Positions 12,120 to 22,302 of a DNA stretch of 64,000 nucleotides are shown here, piece by piece; the stretch's first letter is position 1, and each line of letters opens with the position of its first letter. Below the pieces are notes generated by a model. That model had not been told where the DNA came from and searched no databases. It saw nothing but the letters and a program-made list of their open reading frames with translations. This DNA is from Escherichia coli (GTDB lineage Bacteria; Pseudomonadota; Gammaproteobacteria; Enterobacterales; Enterobacteriaceae), in the NCBI RefSeq assembly GCF_003334305.1, contig NZ_QOWS01000014.1; one strand, written 5' to 3'. The position numbers and the translations under genes are program-made.

Positions 12120-12926
12120 ATGAAAGCATTCTGGCGTAACGCCGCGTTGCTCGCGGTTTCTCTGCTTCCCTTCTCTTCTGCCAACGCCGTAGCGTTGCAG
12201 GCAAAACAGTATGGCGATTTTGATCGCTATGTCCTGGCCCTCTCCTGGCAAACCGGATTTTGCCAGAGTCAACACGATCGAAATCGTAACGAACGAGATG
12301 AATGTCGCCTGCAAACCGAAACGACCAACAAAGCTGATTTTCTGACCGTACATGGTCTGTGGCCAGGATTGCCTAAATCGGTTGCTGCCCGTGGTGTTGA
12401 TGAACGCCGCTGGATGCGCTTCGGTTGCGCTACTCGCCCAATCCCGAATCTACCAGAAGCACGCGCCAGCCGAATGTGTTCATCGCCGGAAACCGGGTTA
12501 TCACTGGAAACGGCCGCTAAACTAAGTGAAGTCATGCCAGGAGCTGGCGGACGTTCCTGCCTGCAACGCTACGAATATGCCAAACACGGTGCCTGCTTTG
12601 GTTTTGATCCGGACGCATACTTCGGTACGATGGTACGCCTGAATCAAGAAATTAAAGAGAGCGAAGCCGGAAAATTCCTTGCGGATAATTACGGTAAAAC
12701 AGTGAGCCGCCGTGACTTTGACGCCGCCTTTGCCAAAAGCTGGGGAAAAGAGAACGTGAAAGCAGTTAAGCTAACGTGCCAGGGTAACCCTGCGTATTTG
12801 ACTGAAATTCAGATCTCGATCAAAGCTGACGCCATCAACGCTCCGCTTTCTGCAAACTCATTCTTGCCACAACCACACCCAGGCAACTGTGGCAAAACCT
12901 TTGTGATTGATAAAGTGGGTTATTAA
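12120..12926 (+). CDS. rna: periplasmic ribonuclease I (RNase T2 family)
   Basis: ORF 12102..12926; start trimmed to ATG at 12120 (MKAFWRNAALLAVSLLPFSSANA signal peptide, 268 aa). Confidence 0.9.
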   Translation: MKAFWRNAALLAVSLLPFSSANAVALQAKQYGDFDRYVLALSWQTGFCQSQHDRNRNERDECRLQTETTNKADFLTVHGLWPGLPKSVAARGVDERRWMRFGCATRPIPNLPEARASRMCSSPETGLSLETAAKLSEVMPGAGGRSCLQRYEYAKHGACFGFDPDAYFGTMVRLNQEIKESEAGKFLADNYGKTVSRRDFDAAFAKSWGKENVKAVKLTCQGNPAYLTEIQISIKADAINAPLSANSFLPQPHPGNCGKTFVIDKVGY

Positions 12927-13072
12927 TCATCTGATTTACAAAACACGCTAATTCGTCTTCCATAAACCGTGACGATTAAGAATTATACATAATGCGCTGC
13001 ATTGAGGAATTCCCTGAATGTGACGCAAATCACTTCAAAGAGTGAGCAACAGTCAGTATCATCATGTGAGTT

Positions 13073-13107
13073 AAACCCTCGCCGCCTGACGGTGAGGGTT
13101 TTCTTTT
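13073..13107 (+). terminator. hairpin plus T-tract in the rna-rnk intergenic region
   Basis: aaccctcgccg...cggtgagggtt inverted repeat followed by ttcttttggg; coordinates approximate. Confidence 0.5.
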
Positions 13108-13155
13108 GGGTATGTTTATCTGCGACACTCGCAGTACCGACGACATGGAGTAAAA

Positions 13156-13566
13156 ATGTCCAGACCAACTATCATCATTAACGACCTGGATGCCGAACGC
13201 ATCGATATTCTGCTGGAGCAACCCGCCTATGCTGGTTTGCCAATCGCCGACGCGTTAAACGCAGAGTTGGATCGCGCCCAAATGTGTTCGCCAGAAGAGA
13301 TGCCACACGACGTGGTGACAATGAACAGCCGGGTTAAATTCCGCAATCTTAGCGATGGCGAAGTGCGTGTGCGCACGCTGGTGTATCCGGCAAAAATGAC
13401 CGATAGCAATACTCAGCTTTCCGTTATGGCTCCGGTAGGTGCCGCACTGCTGGGGCTGCGCGTTGGCGATTCCATTCACTGGGAACTTCCGGGCGGCGTT
13501 GCAACCCACCTTGAAGTGCTGGAACTCGAATACCAGCCAGAAGCTGCTGGCGACTACCTGCTTTAA
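13156..13566 (+). CDS. rnk: regulator of nucleoside diphosphate kinase Rnk (GreA/GreB-like)
   Basis: 136-aa [23 protein letters not shown]. Confidence 0.9.
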
Positions 13567-13703
13567 TCCCATCTGCACAAGCGATAACTCGCTTTGCCCA
13601 GAGGATGCACTCGCATCCTCTTTACGCAAAATCAGCAATTTTTCCTGGTTCTCACTGTTCACTTTTGCTGCAAAATTATTCCGTTTCGTTTGTGGGAATA
13701 ACC

Positions 13704-13793
13704 ATGGCAGAAGCATTTTACATCCTGATAGGATTTCTGATTATGGCGGCGATTATCGTCATGGCTGTCCTTTACCTCGAAAACCACTCCTGA
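13704..13793 (+). CDS. candidate small membrane protein (29 aa, single predicted TM helix); hypothetical
   Basis: ATG at 13704 in frame with track ORF 13605..13793; MAEAFYILIGFLIMAAIIVMAVLYLENHS; weak GGGAA RBS-like motif upstream; ends 3 bp from the convergent ybdR stop. Confidence 0.3.
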   Translation: MAEAFYILIGFLIMAAIIVMAVLYLENHS

Positions 13794-13796
13794 CGA

Positions 13797-15035
13797 TCAT
13801 ATTGTTCCCCCCGGCATCGCATTCACCAGACCTGAAACCGCCTTCTGCGCCGCCTCTGCGCTTTGTGCACCGGGTACCAGAATCACCTTACGGCACTCCT
13901 CTTCACGTTTTTCGAAAATCTCATATCCCCGGGCGGCCTCTTCAAACGGCATATAGTGGGTAACAATTTCTTCTGGTTTCAGTAATCCTTTCTCAATTAA
14001 CGGTAATAATTCTCCCAGCCATGCGTGAACGTGGGTCTGTCCCATTTTAAACGTCAACCCTTTATCAAAGGCGTCGCCAAACAGGAAACCGTGAATAAAT
14101 CCAGCGTAGACGCCCGGTACGCTAACAATGCCGCCACGCCTGACCGCCGCAATACACTGGCGCAACGCTTTACCGCTGCTGCCCTCCAGTTTCAGGTTAG
14201 TCAGCACCGTTTCCGTGGTGCTGCCTTTCGCTTCAAAACCGACGGCGTCTATTACTGCATCCACGCCCCGGTGACCTGCCGTTTGTTCAATAATTGACTG
14301 TGCCGGATCGCTATCTTCATCGAAATTAATCGGGATCGCGCCGTAGCGGTCAGCGGCGAAACGCAAGCGGTAGGGATGATGATCAACAACAAAAATCTGT
14401 TCCGCACCGAGCAACCGTGCACAGGCGATTGTCAACAATCCCACTGGACCGGCACCATAGACTGCAACGCTTGAACCTTGTTGGATCTGCGCATTTTTTG
14501 CTGCCTGCCATGCCGTTGGCAGAATATCAGAAAGGAAAAGGGCTTTATCATCTGAAAGCAAAGGCGGTACTTTAAACGGCCCCACATTCTCTTTAGGGAC
14601 GCGGACATATTCCGCCTGTCCACCAGGAACGCCACCATACAGGTGACTATAACCAAACAATGCCGCGGGAGCTGGTATCTGTTTTTTATTGAGCGCAGCG
14701 CCTTTACCCGCATTGGTATTTTCGCAGGCGGCATATTGCTGCATTCGACAGAAAAAACAGTCGCCACAAGCAATGACAAACGGAATTACCACCCGGTCGC
14801 CTTTTTGCAAATTTTTTACGTCCTTTCCGGTTTCAACGACTTCCCCCATAAATTCATGACCAAAAATATCGCCATGTTTAACCTGGGGTATTTTGCCTCG
14901 ATAAAGATGGAGGTCAGAGCCACAGATCGCCGTTGCCGTAATACGCAGAATAATATCATCTGCCTGTTCAATGCCCGGATCGGGAACATTTTCTACCTGA
15001 ACGTGATGTGGGCCGTGATAAGTCAATGCTTTCAT
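13797..15035 (-). CDS. ybdR: Zn-dependent alcohol/threonine dehydrogenase-family oxidoreductase YbdR
   Basis: 412-aa [24 protein letters not shown]; GHEFMGEVV Zn-ADH motif. Confidence 0.88.
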   Translation of the reverse strand: MKALTYHGPHHVQVENVPDPGIEQADDIILRITATAICGSDLHLYRGKIPQVKHGDIFGHEFMGEVVETGKDVKNLQKGDRVVIPFVIACGDCFFCRMQQYAACENTNAGKGAALNKKQIPAPAALFGYSHLYGGVPGGQAEYVRVPKENVGPFKVPPLLSDDKALFLSDILPTAWQAAKNAQIQQGSSVAVYGAGPVGLLTIACARLLGAEQIFVVDHHPYRLRFAADRYGAIPINFDEDSDPAQSIIEQTAGHRGVDAVIDAVGFEAKGSTTETVLTNLKLEGSSGKALRQCIAAVRRGGIVSVPGVYAGFIHGFLFGDAFDKGLTFKMGQTHVHAWLGELLPLIEKGLLKPEEIVTHYMPFEEAARGYEIFEKREEECRKVILVPGAQSAEAAQKAVSGLVNAMPGGTI

Positions 15036-15255
15036 GCAACCTCCAGAGACAGTTCAAAAAAGAGTCAGTCTTTAAGGGTAGCTATCACAGCGGGAAAACG
15101 GGCGGTACCGCAGGTTTTGGGAGAATTCCTGGTGTTCAGTGAGAATATATTAATCACAGAAACCGTTCGTAAGGAAAAAGAACCAGACAAATATCAGGGA
15201 TAAATATTATAATCATGGCGAATGATTTGTTCATGATTAACAGGGAGAAAGGGTT

Positions 15256-15684
15256 ATGTATAAGACAATCATTATGCCAGTTGATGTATTTGAAATGGAA
15301 TTGAGCGACAAAGCTGTTCGCCACGCTGAATTCCTCGCCCAGGATGACGGAGTTATTCATCTACTTCACGTACTACCCGGGTCAGCCAGCCTGAGCCTGC
15401 ACCGTTTTGCCGCTGATGTGCGTCGTTTTGAAGAGCATCTGCAACATGAAGCAGAAGAACGTCTGCAAACGATGGTCAGCCACTTCACCATCGATCCTTC
15501 CCGCATTAAACAACATGTCCGTTTTGGTAGCGTGCGGGATGAAGTCAATGAGTTGGCAGAAGAACTGGGGGCTGATGTTGTAGTTATTGGTTCTCGCAAC
15601 CCATCGATTTCGACCCATCTGTTAGGTTCTAACGCCTCGAGCGTGATCCGCCATGCCAATCTGCCGGTGCTGGTTGTGCGTTAA
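15256..15684 (+). CDS. uspG: universal stress protein G (UspG/YbdQ)
   Basis: 142-aa [31 protein letters not shown]. Confidence 0.9.
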   Translation: MYKTIIMPVDVFEMELSDKAVRHAEFLAQDDGVIHLLHVLPGSASLSLHRFAADVRRFEEHLQHEAEERLQTMVSHFTIDPSRIKQHVRFGSVRDEVNELAEELGADVVVIGSRNPSISTHLLGSNASSVIRHANLPVLVVR

Positions 15685-15703
15685 TTGCCAGAATAAATAT
15701 CCC

Positions 15704-15737
15704 GCCCTGCCCGGAGCCATCCCGGCAGGGCTTTTTA
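15704..15737 (+). terminator. rho-independent terminator after uspG
   Basis: gccctgcccgg/cccggcagggc stem followed by TTTTT. Confidence 0.7.
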
Positions 15738-15744
15738 ATGCCAT

Positions 15745-15776
15745 AAAAAAGCCGCCAGGTTTGACCCCGGCGGCTA
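15745..15776 (-). terminator. rho-independent terminator after ahpF
   Basis: minus strand reads agccgccgggg...cctggcggc followed by a T-run, just past the ahpF stop. Confidence 0.6.
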
Positions 15777-15804
15777 AGCAATTGCAGGTGAATCTTACTT
15801 CTTC

Positions 15805-17370
15805 TTATGCAGTTTTGGTGCGAATCAGGTAGTCAAAAGCACTCAGAGAGGCTTTGGCACCTTCGCCAGTGGCGATGATGATCTGCTTGTACGGAACCGT
15901 CGTACAGTCACCCGCTGCGAATACGCCTTTGACGTTGGTTTCGCATTTCGCATCAATGATAATCTCACCCATGCGGTTACGTTCGACTGCGCCTTCCAGC
16001 CAGTTGGTGTTCGGCAGCAGACCAATCTGGACGAAAATACCGGCCAGTTCGATGTTGTGAATATCGCCGCTGACACGATCTCGATATTCCAGACCAACGA
16101 CTTTGCTGCCGTCGCCTTTCACTTCCGTGGTTTGCGCATTCAGAATAATGTCGACGTTTTTCAGGCTGCGCAGTTTGTCCTGCAGAACCTGGTCGGCTTT
16201 CATTTCTGGCGCAAATTCGAGCAGCGTTACGTGCTCAACGATACCCGCCAGGTCAATTGCCGCTTCCACGCCGGAGTTACCGCCGCCGATAACCGCTACG
16301 CGTTTGCCTTTAAACAGCGGGCCGTCGCAGTGCGGGCAGTAGGTCACGCCTTTGGTGCGATACTGATCTTCGCCAGGAACGTTCATGTTGCGCCATTTTG
16401 CACCGGTCGCCACGATAATGCTGCGTGCTTTCAGTACCGCGCCAGAAGCTGTTTCAATCTGATGCAGACCACCTTCAACTGCTGCTGGGATCAGTTTGCT
16501 GGCGCTCTGGCTGTCGATCACATCAACGTCGTATTCATCAACGTGAACTTTCAGTGCGCCTGCCAGCTTCTGCCCTTCAGTCTTCGGTACAGAAATGTAG
16601 TTTTCGATATCAACGGTATCGAGGATCTGACCACCAAAACGTTCGCCCATCAGACCGGTACGGATGCCTTTACGTGCGGAGTAAATTGCTGCAGCTGCAC
16701 CCGCCGGGCCGGAACCAACGATTAATACGTCATAAGCATCACGCTTGTTCAGCTCTTCTGCCGCACGTTTTTCCGCGCCCGTATCAATTTTGGCAACGAT
16801 TTCAGTCAACGTCATGCGGCCCTGACCAAACTCTTTCCCGTTTACGAACACTGCCGGAACGCCCATCACGTTGCGATCGGTGATTTCGTTCTGGAAGGTG
16901 CCGCCGTCAATTGCAGTGTGCTTGATGCGCGGGTTCAGTACGCTCATCAGGTTCAGCGCCTGCACCACGTCCGGGCAGTTATGGCAAGAGAGCGAGTAAT
17001 AGGTTTCGAATTCAAAATCACCGTCAATATGGCGAATCTGCTCCAGCAGAGACTGCGCTTCTTTCGACGGATGACCACCGGTCCATAGCAACGCCAGTAC
17101 CAGCGAGGTGAACTCGTGGCCCAGCGGGGAGCCTGCAAAACGTGGCCCCTGGTTGGAACCTGGGTTGGTGATCAGGAAAGACGGCTTACGCACCGGCAAG
17201 CTGTTATCTTCTTTAAAGGTGACTTTGTCTGACAGTTCTGCGATTTCAGCCAACAGTTCCTTGATTTCTGCCGATTTAGCGCTGTCATCCAGCGTGGCAA
17301 TTAACTCAACAGGCTTGGTCAATTTCTCAAGGTAAGCCTTGAGTTGAGTTTTCATATTTGTGTCGAGCAT
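15805..17370 (-). CDS. ahpF: alkyl hydroperoxide reductase subunit F
   Basis: ORF 15805..17400; start trimmed to the ATG giving [17 protein letters not shown] (521 aa); AGGAGA RBS. Confidence 0.93.
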
Positions 17371-17540
17371 GTTTATCTCCTGGGCTTTAAACATCATCAT
17401 GCAAGCGGCCTCTGCGGCTACCTGGATGCAGCTTGCATCATGGTGCGGGGAAGAAAATCGGGTGCCGCAGCACCCGAAGAATTAGGTGAATTTCCGAAGT
17501 ATTTCGCGCCGGAGTTGGTAGCGCGAAAGACGAAGGAAAT

Positions 17541-18104
17541 TTAGATTTTACCAACCAGGTCCAGAGACGGAGCCAGAGTTGCTTCACCTTCTTTCCATTT
17601 AGCCGGGCAAACTTCACCTGGGTGAGAAGCTACGTACTGTGCTGCTTTGATTTTACGCAGCAGGTCAGACGCGTCACGGCCAATGCCTTCAGCGGTAACT
17701 TCGATTGCCTGGATGATACCCTGCGGGTCAACAACGAAGGTCGCACGGTCAGCCAGACCTTCATCTTCACGCATGTTGTCGAAGTTACGGGTCAGGGCGC
17801 CAGTCGGGTCGCCGATCATCGCATATTTGATTTTAGCGATGGTTTCAGAGCTGCTGTGCCATGCTTTGTGGGTGAAGTGAGTATCGGTAGATACTGCGTA
17901 TACGTCTACGCCCAGTTTCTGCAGTTCTTCGTAGTGGTCAGCAACGTCACCCAGTTCGGTCGGGCATACGAAAGTAAAGTCAGCCGGGTAGAAGAAGAAG
18001 ACGCTCCAGCGGCCTTCGGTATCTTTTTCGGTGATTTCGATGAATTCGCCGTTTTTGAATGCCTGGTTTTTAAAAGGTTTAATTTTGGTGTTAATCAAGG
18101 ACAT
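17541..18104 (-). CDS. ahpC: alkyl hydroperoxide reductase subunit C (peroxiredoxin)
   Basis: 187-aa [26 protein letters not shown]. Confidence 0.95.
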   Translation of the reverse strand: MSLINTKIKPFKNQAFKNGEFIEITEKDTEGRWSVFFFYPADFTFVCPTELGDVADHYEELQKLGVDVYAVSTDTHFTHKAWHSSSETIAKIKYAMIGDPTGALTRNFDNMREDEGLADRATFVVDPQGIIQAIEVTAEGIGRDASDLLRKIKAAQYVASHPGEVCPAKWKEGEATLAPSLDLVGKI

Positions 18105-18475
18105 CTATACTTCCTCCGTGTTTTCGATGAGATGTAAGGTAACCAATTTTTGCCGATTCGGCTAATGCGTTTCCATTATCAAATCGATAAGTTTTACCTT
18201 ACAACCTTCGTAAGACAACTTTGTGAACTTTGCACCGCCAGCGGCGATAAAAAGTAAAATGGCCCCCTTTCCAGGTGACCGTGTAATCTGAACTACCCTT
18301 TGGTATCTTCAGCGCCTGCCTGCAGGCTGAGGTGTTGCCCTTACAAATGCAACAACGACATGGATTACAACACCCTCATAAACAAAGGGCAATCACCTGA
18401 TCTAAGCTCTTACCTATGACAGTGATAGGTTATGCCTTTTACTCGACTTTTGCACTGACTGAAAAGGACAAATTA
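18105..18475. promoter_or_regulatory. ahpC / dsbG divergent control region (expected OxyR-regulated ahpC promoter)
   Basis: 370-bp intergenic region between divergently transcribed ahpC and dsbG; the OxyR site is placed from knowledge of the K-12 locus, not from a motif found here. Confidence 0.4.
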
Positions 18476-19222
18476 ATGTTAAAAAAGATACTTTTACTGG
18501 CTCTGCTTCCTGCAATCGCCTTCGCAGAGGAACTTCCTTCCCCAGTAAAAGCGATTGAAAAACAGGGCATTACAATCATCAAAACGTTCGATGCCCCCGG
18601 AGGAATGAAAGGTTATCTCGGAAAGTATCAGGATATGGGCGTCACCATCTACCTGACTCCCGATGGTAAGCACGCTATCTCTGGTTACATGTACAACGAG
18701 AAAGGTGAAAACCTGAGTAACACACTTATCGAAAAAGAAATTTACGCACCAGCCGGACGCGAAATGTGGCAACGGATGGAACAATCCCACTGGCTCCTCG
18801 ACGGTAAAAAAGATGCGCCGGTCATTGTCTACGTGTTCACCGATCCGTTCTGCCCATATTGTAAACAGTTCTGGCAGCAGGCGCGCCCGTGGGTAGATTC
18901 TGGCAAAGTGCAATTAAGAACATTGTTGGTTGGGGTTATCAAGCCAGAAAGCCCGGCGACAGCAGCGGCAATTCTTGCCTCCAAAGATCCCGCAAAAACC
19001 TGGCAAGAATATGAATCCTCTGGTGGCAAGCTTAAGCTAAACGTGCCTGCAAACGTAAGTACAGAACAAATGAAAGTGTTAAGCGCCAACGAGAAACTCA
19101 TGGACGATCTGGGGGCAAATGTCACACCAGCTATCTATTACATGAGTAAGGAAAATACGCTGCAACAGGCCGTGGGGTTGCCCGATCAGAAAACGCTTAA
19201 TATCATTATGGGGAATAAATAA
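18476..19222 (+). CDS. dsbG: periplasmic disulfide isomerase/chaperone DsbG
   Basis: ORF 18416..19222; start trimmed to ATG at 18476 ([17 protein letters not shown] signal peptide, 248 aa); CPYC active site. Confidence 0.9.
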   Translation: MLKKILLLALLPAIAFAEELPSPVKAIEKQGITIIKTFDAPGGMKGYLGKYQDMGVTIYLTPDGKHAISGYMYNEKGENLSNTLIEKEIYAPAGREMWQRMEQSHWLLDGKKDAPVIVYVFTDPFCPYCKQFWQQARPWVDSGKVQLRTLLVGVIKPESPATAAAILASKDPAKTWQEYESSGGKLKLNVPANVSTEQMKVLSANEKLMDDLGANVTPAIYYMSKENTLQQAVGLPDQKTLNIIMGNK

Positions 19223-19234
19223 AAGATAATTCAT

Positions 19235-19270
19235 GGATGGTTGAAATACATCCCTGCTTTTCAACCATCC
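19235..19270 (+). terminator. perfect 12-bp-stem hairpin after dsbG (putative terminator, no clear U-tract)
   Basis: ggatggttgaaa...tttcaaccatcc inverted repeat ~13 bp after the dsbG stop. Confidence 0.4.
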
Positions 19271-19430
19271 TAAAAAAGCATGAATTGCTCGCTCTGCCCT
19301 AAGTGGCTATGCTATTTTAGAAAAACTTAATCCTGAGTTAAGCAAAAAAATATAATCAATAAAAATATATACGCAAAAAACATTGATTAAGTGAATATAC
19401 CATGGAAGAAAAATATAACCGGAGTAGTGT

Positions 19431-20333
19431 ATGGCCAATCTCTACGACTTGAAAAAGTTCGACTTAAACCTTCTTGTCATATTTGAGTGTATTTACCAGC
19501 ATTTAAGCATTAGCAAAGCTGCTGAATCACTATATATCACCCCATCAGCCGTGAGCCAGTCGTTACAACGCTTACGTGCGCAATTTAATGACCCTTTATT
19601 CATTCGCTCAGGAAAAGGTATCGCGCCGACGACAACAGGGTTGAATCTGCATCACCATCTTGAGAAAAACCTCAAAGGCCTTGAACAAACAATTAATATA
19701 GTCAATAAGTCCGAACTAAAGAAAAACTTTATTATCTACGGCCCTCAGCTCATTTCTTGCTCTAATAATAGTATGCTGATCCGCTGCCTACGGCAAGATG
19801 CCTCTGTCGAGATTGAGTGCCATGATATCCTCATGTCAGCAGAGAATGCTGAAGAACTGTTGGTTCACCGCAAAGCCGATCTGGTGATCACCCAAATGCC
19901 AGTGATCAGCCGTTCCGTCATTTGCATGCCATTGCATACAATTCGCAATACTCTAATTTGTAGTAATAAGCATCCGCGAATTACTGACAATAGCACTTAT
20001 GAACAAATTATGGCAGAAGAGTTCACCCAATTAATATCCAAATCAGCAGGAGTTGATGATATTCAAATGGAAATAGACGAGAAGTTTATGAATCGCAAAA
20101 TTTCATTTCGTGGTTCCTCTTTGCTGACAATCATTAATAGCATTGCAGTTACAGATTTACTGGGAATAGTCCCCTATGAACTTTATAATTCCTACCGTGA
20201 CTTTCTTAATTTAAAAGAGATAAAACTAGAACATCCGTTACCTTCAATAAAGCTTTACATTTCCTATAATAAATCTTCTTTAAATAATTTGGTGTTCTCC
20301 CGATTTATTGACCGTCTAAATGAGAGTTTTTGA
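19431..20333 (+). CDS. ybdO: LysR-family transcriptional regulator YbdO
   Basis: 300-aa ORF with N-terminal HTH (LSISKAAESLYITPSAVSQSLQRLR); markedly AT-rich coding region. Confidence 0.85.
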   Translation: MANLYDLKKFDLNLLVIFECIYQHLSISKAAESLYITPSAVSQSLQRLRAQFNDPLFIRSGKGIAPTTTGLNLHHHLEKNLKGLEQTINIVNKSELKKNFIIYGPQLISCSNNSMLIRCLRQDASVEIECHDILMSAENAEELLVHRKADLVITQMPVISRSVICMPLHTIRNTLICSNKHPRITDNSTYEQIMAEEFTQLISKSAGVDDIQMEIDEKFMNRKISFRGSSLLTIINSIAVTDLLGIVPYELYNSYRDFLNLKEIKLEHPLPSIKLYISYNKSSLNNLVFSRFIDRLNESF

Positions 20334-20479
20334 TATATAACTACAGACAGCTACTATAACTTTCATCTATTTATTCACAGCGCGAATGAAAAATAAAACA
20401 CTCTGCTTTGCAGTGTTTACTTTATAATTAACAGACTTATCTCACTGATCACCCTGTAACGTTCAGAGAGCGTCTTCAG

Positions 20480-21700
20480 ATGTCTATTTATAAAATTCCT
20501 CTTCCGCTCAATATTCTGGAAGCTGCACGAGAGCGTATTACCTGGACACTCAACACCCTACCCCGCGTTTGTGTCTCATTTTCTGGCGGCAAAGACTCTG
20601 GTTTAATGCTGCATCTGACAGCCGAACTTGCCCGACAAATGGGCAAAAAAATCTGCGTTTTGTTTATCGACTGGGAGGCGCAATTCTCTTGCACCATTAA
20701 CTATGTTCAGTCCCTGCGCGAGTTGTACACCGATGTCATCGAAGAGTTTTACTGGGTTGCGCTCCCGCTTACGACGCAAAATTCCCTTTCACAATACCAA
20801 CCCGAATGGCAGTGCTGGGAACCTGATGTCGAATGGGTGCGTCAGCCCCCGCAAGATGCGATAACCGATCCTGACTTTTTCTGCTTTTACCAGCCAGGCA
20901 TGACCTTCGAACAATTTGTACGTGAGTTTGCCGAATGGTTTTCACAAAAACGTCCGGCGGCGATGATGATCGGCATCCGTGCGGATGAGTCCTACAACCG
21001 TTTTGTCGCCATCGCCAGTTTAAATAAACAACGTTTTGCCGACGATAAACCATGGACTACGGCCGCACCAGGCGGTCATAGCTGGTACATTTACCCCATT
21101 TACGACTGGAAAGTGGCTGATATCTGGACCTGGTATGCAAATCATCAAAGTCTCTGCAACCCACTGTATAACCTAATGTATCAGGCAGGCGTTCCTCTGC
21201 GTCATATGCGAATTTGCGAACCTTTTGGCCCGGAGCAACGACAAGGATTATGGCTCTATCACGTTATCGAACCGGATCGCTGGGCTGCTATGTGCGCACG
21301 AGTCAGCGGGGTAAAAAGTGGCGGCATTTACGCCGGACATGATAATCATTTCTATGGGCATCGGAAAATCCTCAAGCCAGAACATTTAGACTGGCAAGAA
21401 TATGCATTATTGCTGCTCAATAGCATGCCGGAAAAAACAGCTGAGCATTACCGCAATAAAATCGCCATTTATTTGCACTGGTATCAGAAAAAAGGCATCG
21501 AGGTTCCACAAACCCAGCAAGGGGACATTGGCGCGAAAGATATCCCCTCCTGGCGGCGGATATGCAAAGTTTTACTCAATAACGATTACTGGTGTCGGGC
21601 ATTATCATTTAGTCCTACGAAAGCGAAGAACTATCAGCGTTATAACGAACGGATAAAAGGAAAACGTCAGGAATGGGGGATACTATGCAACAACGATTAA
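20480..21700 (+). CDS. ybdN: PAPS-reductase-like (DUF3440) protein YbdN, IbrA homolog
   Basis: 406-aa ORF; N-terminal SGGKDS PP-loop motif (VCVSFSGGKDSGLMLHL). Confidence 0.85.
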   Translation: MSIYKIPLPLNILEAARERITWTLNTLPRVCVSFSGGKDSGLMLHLTAELARQMGKKICVLFIDWEAQFSCTINYVQSLRELYTDVIEEFYWVALPLTTQNSLSQYQPEWQCWEPDVEWVRQPPQDAITDPDFFCFYQPGMTFEQFVREFAEWFSQKRPAAMMIGIRADESYNRFVAIASLNKQRFADDKPWTTAAPGGHSWYIYPIYDWKVADIWTWYANHQSLCNPLYNLMYQAGVPLRHMRICEPFGPEQRQGLWLYHVIEPDRWAAMCARVSGVKSGGIYAGHDNHFYGHRKILKPEHLDWQEYALLLLNSMPEKTAEHYRNKIAIYLHWYQKKGIEVPQTQQGDIGAKDIPSWRRICKVLLNNDYWCRALSFSPTKAKNYQRYNERIKGKRQEWGILCNND

Positions 21701-22302
21701 CGCAGGATTTAACGCAATTTCTCGCCAGCTTGCCGGAAGATGATCGCATCAAAGCGATTAATGAAATCCGCATGGCGATCCATCAGGTTAGCCCCTTTCG
21801 TGAAGAGCCAGTGGATTGCGTTCTGTGGGTTAAAAACAGCCAACTTATGCCTAATGATTACAACCCAAACAACGTGGCACCACCCGAAAAAAAACTGCTG
21901 AAAAAATCCATTGAAATAGATGGTTTTACCCAACCCATTGTGGTCACGCATACGGATAAAAATGCCCTGGAAATCGTGGATGGTTTTCACCGCCATGAAA
22001 TTGGTAAAGGCTCATCATCATTAAAATTACGCTTAAAAGGTTATTTGCCGGTGACCTGTCTGGAAGGTACGCGTAATCAACGCATCGCCGCGACTATTCG
22101 TCATAATCGCGCTCGTGGACGCCATCAAATCACCGCCATGTCGGAAATCGTCCGTGAACTTAGCCAGTTGGGATGGGACGATAATAAAATTGGCAAAGAG
22201 CTAGGAATGGACAGCGACGAAGTGCTGCGCCTGAAGCAAATTAACGGCCTGCAAGAGCTGTTTGCCGACCGTCAATATTCCCGCGCCTGGACGGTTAAAT
22301 AA
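21673..22302 (+). CDS. ybdM: ParB/Srx-like nuclease-domain protein YbdM, IbrB homolog
   Basis: 209-aa ORF overlapping the ybdN 3' end by 28 bp. Confidence 0.85.
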   Translation: MGDTMQQRLTQDLTQFLASLPEDDRIKAINEIRMAIHQVSPFREEPVDCVLWVKNSQLMPNDYNPNNVAPPEKKLLKKSIEIDGFTQPIVVTHTDKNALEIVDGFHRHEIGKGSSSLKLRLKGYLPVTCLEGTRNQRIAATIRHNRARGRHQITAMSEIVRELSQLGWDDNKIGKELGMDSDEVLRLKQINGLQELFADRQYSRAWTVK

